Shown piece after piece: positions 54,538-64,000 of a stretch of DNA of 64,000 bases. Each line of letters begins with the position of its first letter. Positions within the stretch are counted from its first letter, which is position 1. The DNA is from Octopus vulgaris (Eukaryota). The stretch covers positions 46,128,001 through 46,192,000 of the forward strand of contig OX597833.1 of assembly GCA_951406725.2 (NCBI GenBank). The letters run 5' to 3'. Below the pieces are notes generated by a model that was not told the origin of the DNA, did no database searches, and worked only from the letters and a program-made list of their open reading frames with translations. Position numbers and translations under genes: made by a program.

Positions 54538-55499
54538 GAAAGCAGCAGTGTACAAATTGAGGAGAATATGGCTGCTATTTCGAGCAATTTAAGTGATCAG
54601 ATAGAGACGACACCCCATGCTCGTTCGTAAGGCATTCAAGAACCTTTTACTTTTGTTTAATGTTTCTTTATCAAGAGTATCAGTGACACCAGCTTAAAAG
54701 AAAACTAATGTAACAAGGACTCGGAAATGAATTGTGCTGGCTCGGGTTCACCGGGAGCTATAATAATCAAGTCCAGCGTTTCATGTATTGTATAAACTAT
54801 AACACTGCCACCACTACTACCATCGCCCTACAATCACCATAACAATAACATCAACACCACAACCACCACAACCACGACGACGACCACCACCACTACCATC
54901 ACCACTACCACCACCACAACCACTACCGCCAACATACGACCATCACAACCACCGACACCAACAATAACACCACAATCACTACTACCGCCAACACACAATC
55001 ATCACAACCACCACCACCACCACCACTACCACTACCACCACTACTACTACCACCACCATCATCATCATCATCATCGAACAATCGAAAGTGCTGTAGTGCA
55101 GCCGTTCAACCTGCTAGGAAGAAACAGCCAAATCGCCCTCAAATCACTCAGCCATATCGTCTTAGAAAATGACCCGCTGTTGGTGGCCCTCGGTTCACTG
55201 GGCATAGGAGAAAGACGGTGTGGTCACGATAGGAATGTCTTTGATCAGTGCTGATCCTGGGACTAAACAACAATCAAAATGACAAAGACAAAGATATTGT
55301 CATCACGTCAACGAGGGAGCTGCTACACTAGATCTGCTAGAAATAGCAACCGGATTGCCTTCAAATCTACCGCTGCCGTCTCAAATTTAGAAACGTCGGA
55401 CATACTAAGCAATGACTTGCAAAGAGACGGGATGGTCACGGTTGACCATAATTTGATCATGCTCAATCAGGGCTAACCCGGGTGGGGATGGGGGTGGTA

Positions 55500-55661
55500 A
55501 ATAACATCATCATTGTTTATGCCTCCACCACCACCACCACCACCACCATCATCATTATCATCATAACTATCCTCATCACCACCGTCGTCGTCGTCATCAT
55601 CATCATCATCATCATCATCATCAGCATCATCATCAATACCTCCTCCACCACCACCACCACC

Positions 55662-55713
<52 letters not shown>

Positions 55714-56071
55714 CTGTTAATGCGACCAGCAACATCCACATCACTACCACCATCATCATCATCATCATCATCACCACAACCATCACCATCACCATCATGG
55801 CCGTCGTCTTCATCATTATGTCAATGCCCCCACCACCACCACCACCACCACCGCCACCACCATCACCACTGCCATCATCATTATGATGATGATCATCATC
55901 AACATCGTCATTGTTAATGCCTCTGTCGCCACCACCATCCCCCTTCATCATAATCATAATCATCATCACCATCGTCTTCCACGCTTTACACCTCTTCCTC
56001 CTCACCATCATCATCACCACCACCACCACCACCACCACCACCACCACCACCACCACCATCATCATCATTAC

Positions 56072-56106
<35 letters not shown>

Positions 56107-56180
56107 CCATCAACATCACCATCTTCATCACTATCATCATCATCATTACCATCACCACCATCATCAATCATCCTCATCAT
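55500..56180. repeat. Compound (CAT/CAC)n repeats
   Basis: Direct reading; similar tracts at 54800-55075 and 56465-56810. Confidence 0.9.
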
Positions 56181-56269
56181 TTACTTGCCCTGTTTTCTTT
56201 GATTTCTCTTTGTTTTCATTCTGTACAACACTGACACCCTCCCTCCCTCCCTCCTTCTCTCTTTCTCTC

Positions 56270-56309
<40 letters not shown>

Positions 56310-57514
56310 TCTGTCCTTTCCTCCCTCCGTTCACTACCCACCCGTTACTATTGACACGGGACTCCACGTGCATTTACTCTAATGCCATCGGAATGTCAAT
56401 TATTTGGCTTTCCATTAAATATCCACCGTAGCAGACCTTTCTTTCCATATTTCATTAACCCCAGGCCGCCGCCATCGCCACCACCACCACCACCACCACC
56501 ACCACCGCCGCCGGCGCCACCCCCACCGCCACCACCACTGCCTCCACCACCACCAACGCCACCATCACCACCACGCCGCCACCATCACCACCAACACGCC
56601 GCCGCCATCACCCCTGCCATCGCCGTCGCCACTGCCATCACCGCCGCCAATGACCACCACCACCACCAACAACAACAACAACGGTGTCGCTGTCACTGCC
56701 GCCGCCGCCCCCACCTTCACCCAAACAACCACCTGCCTCGCCACCAATCTCCCCAAACCACCCAATTTGCATTTATCATCTCCTCCTCCTACTGCCTCCT
56801 CCTCCTATGACGTTTCGCTTTTTTTATGTTTATTTTCCTTTATCTTCGTCTTTCACCTTTCCTTCGTTCTCTCTTTCGTTCTTCTTTCCTTTTTTTTGTC
56901 TTTGTTTCTCATTTGTCGTTTTGCGACGAACGACGTAGAGCAATAAGCAATAAGCAATAAGTGTGGCAGGGAAATTGGCGAAAATTTCCCCCCGAACCAA
57001 CAGCGCCATCTAGTTTCCGTTCACGTCTTCAGATACCTTACGATACTAAATGCCTTAAGAAAAGTTATAAAATTCACACTTTTCTCCTAAATTATCGTCC
57101 ACAGCCCTTTCGATTATTTTCTTTTTTTCTTTCTTTTTTTTCGCGAGGCCCAGGCTTCATAAGGCCAGGACTTCACCCGGTTTGCATGGCGGATAAGTGG
57201 CTGAGATTGCAACACTCCCCCCTGATCAGGACACCGATTGGATCTTTTCTGTTTGGCGGCACCTGTGGAAATTTTGAAGTTTAGTGAAAATTTTAAAATT
57301 TGGTGCATTGATGTAATTTTCCACGCTGAATCTCGGGGGGATATTTATCCTTTTCCAAAAATTTTCTTAAAATTTAAAGTTTGATCATTTTTACCCATTC
57401 AGGAAACAGAATTTGGAAGCTGTCATTTTGTGCGTGGCTGCGCGTGTTATCAAATTTAGACAAATAAAATATTCTTTTCTACTCTAGGCACAAGGTCCTA
57501 AATTTTACTATTTT

Positions 57515-57701
57515 ACTCTTTTACTTGTTTCAGACATTTGACTGCGGCCACGCTGGAGCACCGCCTTTAGTCGAGCAAATTGAACTCAGGACTTATTCTT
57601 TGTAAGCATAGTACGTATTCTACCGGTCTCTTATGCCGAACCGCTAAGTTACGGGGAGGTAAACACACCAGCATCGGTTGTCAAGCGACAAACAGAGACA
57701 C

Positions 57702-57771
<70 letters not shown>

Positions 57772-57942
57772 ATATATATGACAGGCTTCTTTCAGTTTCT
57801 GTCTACCAAATCCACTCACAAGGCTTTGGTCGGCCCGAGGCTATAGTAGAAGACACTTGCCCAAGGTGCCACTCAGTGGGACTGAACCCAGAACCATGTG
57901 GTTGATAAGCAAGCTACTTACCACAATGCCACTCCTGCACCT
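57515..57942 (-). mobile_element. SINE A, full length
   Basis: Matches the family. Confidence 0.88.
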
Positions 57943-58222
57943 AAATTTTAAAGACAAAATCTAATATGGAACCTAAGGGTTATATAGACTGGACCCTAGT
58001 TGAAAACCACTAAACTAAAGTATCCGACAATGACAGTTAAGTACCGTAAGGTCCATAATAAGATGCCAGTTAGATACTGTAATGCATCCAATAGGATAAA
58101 AACGTGTTAAATTGATGTGGGCTTGAGCAAAAGAAAAGATAAATAAATAACGGTAAACTAGAAAAAAAATCCAATATATGATATCTATGCATTCTGTTTC
58201 TTATACTTGTTTTATTCTTATA

Positions 58223-58609
58223 CTAGCAGTATCGCCCGGCGTTGCTCGGGTTTGTAACTATATAAGCATTTTTAGAGAGTTATAGCCAAAAAATAGCAAA
58301 AAAATGCATTAAAAATGGAAAAAAAAGTATGGTAAATTTTTTTTTAAATCGTTGACTCATCGTAGACATTTTAGAGAGTTACTTCCCTTATATAATAGCG
58401 AAAAAATGCATTAAAATGGAAAACAATGATGGTAAATTTTTTTTAAATCGTAGACTCATCGTAGACGCGCGCTAATACCCAGAAGGGCTCGATATGAATC
58501 ACGACTATAAGATACCCGGTTTTGGTTAAACTGCACCGCAAAATGTGGGAGTAGTTAGGAATCTAAATCGTAGGAGACAGACACACAACTTCTCTTTTAT
58601 ATATAAAGA
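58223..58609 (-). mobile_element. Non-autonomous Helitron
   Basis: Minus strand A|TCTTTATATATAAAAG...CCCGAGCAACGCCGGG hairpin...CTAG|T; internal ~100-bp tandem duplication. Confidence 0.88.
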
Positions 58610-59305
58610 TAAATTCAAATTTCTGATCCCACCAGATAACGAGAAGAAAAGATTATCTCCCTTCTAAGAACTACGGCCGCTACAGTGAAACACGAATATG
58701 TCTATTTACTTGAATTTTTGTGATGTTACACACTTCCTGGTTTGAATCATAAATGAAAGATAATAGAGTCGTTTATAATTTGTAATACATAATGACAGAT
58801 TTGATTAACTATTTCCAGATAGTACGTTGATTTATTCTGTAGATATAAATTTGTATTTTTTTTTTAAAAATGTAAATAAACTTTCCTTTTAGCTCGGAAA
58901 ACACTAAATTTATTACTGAGGAAAATACTTTCATATTATGTCTTGGAAAACACTTAAACTATTGTTGACTAAGGAAAATACTTTCACATTTTTTTGTTTT
59001 TATCGAGAAAATCATATTTTCACTTTTCATCGAAGGAAATGGCCTCATTCCTTTGCCAAAAAGAGCATTTTCATTTTTTTTTTTCACTCTTTGACGTATA
59101 ATAGACAAAAACATGTAGTGTTGAATAGAATAATATTAAAGATTTTCTGCTCCATGTATTGTGGTTCTTTCGGATGGAGGTGGTGGTGGTGCTTGTAAAC
59201 ACAGTCATAGCCATGCTATGAATGAAGTTCGTTTTCCAATAATTAGTTCAGAGTTCGATCCCAAAGCGCAGCACTTTTGCCAAAATTATTCTCCCGTGGT
59301 CTCAG

Positions 59306-59377
<72 letters not shown>

Positions 59378-59404
59378 ATATATGTATGTACATACACACA
59401 CACC

Positions 59405-59590
59405 TGAGGGGGTGCTGAAAAGTTCCTGACTTTAAGGGCATTGCAAAGGGCCTGGATGGAGGCCCAACCTTCCAAGTTCTTTTATAGGGCTTAGAAAAAC
59501 TGAAGGACCACTGCAATAAGCGTGTGAATCTGAGAGGGGAATATGTTGAATAAAATCATAATTAACTGTATTTTCTTTTATCCCTCATAC
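59405..59590 (+). mobile_element. Second copy of the 2315-2521 mariner derivative, right TIR eroded
   Basis: Same left TIR and the same GLEKLKD...LRGEYVE* interior. Confidence 0.8.
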
Positions 59591-59592
59591 AT

Positions 59593-59630
<38 letters not shown>

Positions 59631-60344
59631 CGGTGCGTGCGTGTGTGTGTGTGTTGAGTATGACATTAAATGGAATCCGGTGATGGGGTTCTAGTTCGGG
59701 AGTTCCAAGGATTAAGGAATATGGAACCAATACTTACTCATTATTGTTCCCAAGTCTACTCTAACCCACATTTGTAACACCTGTCAAGGTCCCAGCTATG
59801 GCCTATGTAGCATATGTGATGACAATCTATCCGAACGAGGAAACACAGAATTACACTTGCTTTGTGTCAGGTCGCGCAGTAAAACCATCAGGAGTAACGG
59901 ACCCCTAGCTGTTGTAACAACATCCTTCTAGGAGAGGAGCTCTTTCATGTCAAACCTGCGGTTTCATGTAATTGCTGGTCATCTCCCTTCGATCTGTCCC
60001 TAGGTACTAATCATAAGAGTGGTATTCGTGTTGTACAAGCGTTTACACACGTCTTAACGGTGACTTTATTTGTCATTCCATTTACTGAAGGTCATATGAC
60101 GATGGAAGAGCGGCGAAGTATACAGACTTTGCAAGTTGGAAGCGATCGGTAAGTTAAAACTTTGGTTTGTCCCCTATGTTTTGATGTCAAACATGCGGTT
60201 TCATGTGATTAGTGGTCATTTTGCTATGACCTATCCCTAGGTACTAGTCATGGACATACAGAGAATGGTACTCGTGTTGTACAAGCGTTTATCACTATAA
60301 TTCAATGCCGTACAAATGTTTAGAGTAATCTTATTCATCCTATG

Positions 60345-60505
60345 TAGGAGTGACTGTGTGATAAGTAGCTTGCTTACGAACTACATAGTTCCGTGTTCGG
60401 TCCCACTGCGTGGCACCTTGGGCAACTGTCTTCTACTATAGCCTCGGGCCAATCAAAGCCTTGTGAGTGGATTTGGTAGACGGAAACTGAAAGAAGCCCT
60501 TCATA

Positions 60506-60555
<50 letters not shown>

Positions 60556-60842
60556 TATACATATATATTTATGTATGTATGTATGTATGTATGTATGTAT
60601 GTATGTATGTATGTATGTGTGTGTGTATATGTATGTATGTCTGTGTTTGTCCCACCAACATCGCTTGACAACCGAAGCTGGTGTGTTTATGCCCCCGTAA
60701 CTTAACGGTTCAGCAAAAGAGACCGATAGAATAAGTACTAGGCTTACGAAAAATAAGTCCTGGGGTCGATTTGCTCGACTAATGGCGGTGCTCCAACACG
60801 GCCACAGTCAAATGACTGAAACAAGTAAAATAGTAAAAGAGT
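60345..60842 (+). mobile_element. SINE A, full length
   Basis: Matches the family. Confidence 0.88.
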
Positions 60843-61292
60843 ATACCATCTACTGGAAGTGTTATGACAATGGAAAAGTGGTCACAAAAAGTGCAGACCT
60901 AATCAGTTGGTGGAGTACGGTAAGTTGCAACTTTCGTTTATCACCTATGTTCCAAATCATTCAGATCTGCAACGGGACTCAATAGTCATCTGAGAGGTCA
61001 AAGGTGAAAAGTCAGAAATGCTATTGACAAGGAAATAGCTATCAAGTGTGAATATGTATAATATGGTTTTAAAGCAATTGGAAACTGAATATCATCCAGC
61101 AGTGCGCTATCACAGCTCCTCACCTGATGACGTGCCAGGATACAACTACTGCAGGGCAATATTTATAATATATAGATGGAAAATTCAGCAACTAACAAGT
61201 GTTACCAATGCACAGAAACAATTGTGATGTTTTGTGGTTAAAGCCTGTTCACACGCAAAAACAAACACACACACAAATATATTGATATATGC

Positions 61293-61339
<47 letters not shown>

Positions 61340-61376
61340 TATATGTATATAGGAACTCATATACGCATACACACAC

Positions 61377-61461
<85 letters not shown>

Positions 61462-61798
61462 TTTGGTGTAGTGGCTGATTGGATAGATAGTGGGGAAAAA
61501 CTATTGCGACGTGGGCCCAAATAAGTCGGACGTCCCATTAGAAACAACAATGCATCTGGGTGCCAGAGGAAAGAAAGTAGCTGTGAGAAGGCGAGGTCGT
61601 GCAAGTCTCCAGCGCCATCTGTTGAAAGTAGTGTCTGGCAGTGCAAGTTGTATTTACATTGATGTGTGTTTGACTGTCCACATGACTGTGTATGTATGCG
61701 CGCGCGTGTGTGTGTCTGTCTGTTTGTCTGGCTGTCTGGCTGTCTGTCTGTGTATGCGTGTTCGTGTGAGTGCATGTACGCATGTAAGAATGTATATA

Positions 61799-61839
<41 letters not shown>

Positions 61840-61871
61840 GTTATTGTATACACACACATGTGTATACATAC

Positions 61872-61910
<39 letters not shown>

Positions 61911-62214
61911 AATTATATACGCCTTTGTGTGCTCGTGCGCATGTGTATCTGTGTGTATATGTAGTATGTTTGTGTGTGTGTATATGTAGTGTGTGTGTGT
62001 GTGTGTGTATATAGATATATATATATTTATATAAATTATATACGGCTTTTTGTGCTCGTGCCCATGTCTATCTGTGCGTATATGTAGTGTTTCTGTGTGT
62101 GTGTATATGTAGTGTGTCTCTCTGTGTGTGTGTTTGTGTGTATATATATATATATAAACGCATACACACAATACTACTATATGCGTATGTGTGTGTAATT
62201 GTGTATATATTTAT

Positions 62215-62254
<40 letters not shown>

Positions 62255-62894
62255 ACGCGCACACACACAACACATACACACAAAGAAACCCATACACAGA
62301 CTTTGCCTGTGTTGATAGACTGGTTTGGGTCATTATTTGTTTTGTAAATTTTGTAGACGCGTTAATCTTTTATGCATTTTTTTTGTTTTTACCTTTTATT
62401 TTCGTTTTAGTTTTTTTTTCTATTTATTCATTTTTACTTGTGTTTTTATGCTTCAATGTTATAAATAGTGTACGTTACTGTTGCATCATCATACTTTACT
62501 TACTGTAATAGTATTGAGTGGAGAGTTGGCAAATGAATACATGACAGTAAATGAAAAGGAGGCGCAGGTCATTGCCACTAAGAAAGAGAGAGGGGCAGAG
62601 GGAGTATGCGATATAAAGGGGGGGAAACGAGAGATAAATAGAAAGAGAAAGCGGACTAGAGGGAGGGAGAGAAAGAGAAGAGTAGAAGAGAGCAGAAGGA
62701 GTTGAATCGGGAAGTTATGTACATATATATATCGAGCCAGTGCGGCAGGAGTAGGCTCACCAAAACCAGTATGACCTCAAATTCAAATTCAAATTCACGA
62801 CCTCCACAATCAGACCGTGATTGGTGGAGTGAACATGCTGAGGCCCTCGTTCCGCAGAGGGCTAAACCAATCCAATCCAATATATATATTTATT

Positions 62895-63300
62895 TTATTC
62901 TTTTACTTGTTTCAGTCATTTGACTGCGGCCATGCTGGGGCAGAGCCTTGAAGGGTTTCTTTTTTAGTTGAACAAATCGACTCCAGGACTTATTCTTTGT
63001 AAACCTATTACTTATTTTATCGGTCTCTTATGCCGAGCTGCTAAGTCACGGGGACGTAAACACACCAACATCGGTTGTCAAGCGACAATGGGGTGGGGGA
63101 CAAAAATAGACACAAAGACACACACACATGCACACACACCACACACACACACACATATACACAACGGGCTTCTTTTCGTCTGCCATAGCCACTCACAAGG
63201 CTTTAGTCAGCTGAGGCTATAGTAGAAGACACTTACGCAAGGTGCCATGCAGTGGGACCGAACCCGGAACCATGTGGTTGGGAAGCAAACTTCTTATCTC
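62895..63300 (-). mobile_element. SINE A, degenerate
   Basis: Tail, body and head recognisable. Confidence 0.8.
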
Positions 63301-63415
63301 ACATCTAGGACTTTCCAACTTGTGTCCCGGGACCAGGAAGATCATCTGTACCTCGAGATCCAGAACTTTCCTAAACAGCACTGCCACCCCACCTCCCATT
63401 CCCGGCCGACTAAGG
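63300..63415 (-). mobile_element. L1/Tx1-type APE endonuclease fragment
   Basis: GMGGGVAVLFRKVLDLEVQMIF resembles the GGVAILF motif region of APE domains. Confidence 0.5.
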
Positions 63416-64000
63416 GATGCTTAGATCTCAAAATCTCAATTTTATTCGTTGTAGTGGTGATGATTATAGTCGTGTTCGTAGTCTTGATATTGCAGCTAAC
63501 TGCTGTCTTCGGTATTGGCAAATGATTGTGGGGAATTCAAGCTCATAATTTGAATTATGTCTTTGCGTTGTAAAATCAATGAATCTGCTGTCTATTGGTT
63601 GGCTTAGTAGTAATTTCATCCACTGGGCTTTGGAATTGCTGGATGCTCGCCTCCCCTTCTATTAGTAGGTAGCAGGCAGAGACTACTATGGCATCTTGCA
63701 CCTCTCTACCTGAATCACTTCTCACCTCTTCTTACACGTCCTTCAACGAGGTTGGCTTCGCCATGTTTATTTGTCTTTTTTTTTCTTAAAGTTAAGTTTT
63801 GGAAACAAACTGGATGTTATTTTTTGAGATTTCAGCCCCACACAGGAGCACAAACAACGAGAACAAGCAAACCTTTGCAAAGGTGATGGTTTGACAAACG
63901 TTTTGTAACAAAATAAGCAATGAACAACTTTTGGAAACAAAATGAAGAACGAAACACGAACGAACGAACACGTGCATCCCGTCAGAACAACAACAACAAC

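Noticed and set aside
61185-62171. Longest ORF (328 aa) and the other long poly-YI/HT/V/H/E/K ORFs
   Set aside because: They are translations of microsatellites; no domain-like content

Overview
AT-rich, microsatellite-saturated animal genomic DNA. The SINE families and repeat landscape suggest an octopus or other coleoid cephalopod (inference, not a database match). There is no intact protein-coding gene, rRNA, true tRNA or CRISPR array; nearly all listed ORFs are artefacts of simple repeats or SINEs. Contents: (i) three tRNA-derived SINE families (called A, B, C here) in dozens of copies or fragments; (ii) decayed DNA transposons: two maT/DD37D-like Tc1/mariner relics, mariner and hAT MITEs, a Merlin-like MITE carrying TTAGGG repeats, and a non-autonomous Helitron; (iii) RTE and L1/Tx1 LINE fragments; (iv) several short elements in (TA)n tracts with minimal hammerhead-ribozyme-like motifs and fold-back structure, consistent with Penelope-like retroelements. 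The most striking patterns are a SINE-B tail variant that appears to insert at GGTAYTT inside its own family (one case with a 15-bp TSD), the hammerhead-bearing (TA)n-associated fold-backs, and one SINE-C head joined to three different tails. Phase-compatible micro-exons and enhancer-like islands are reported at low confidence.
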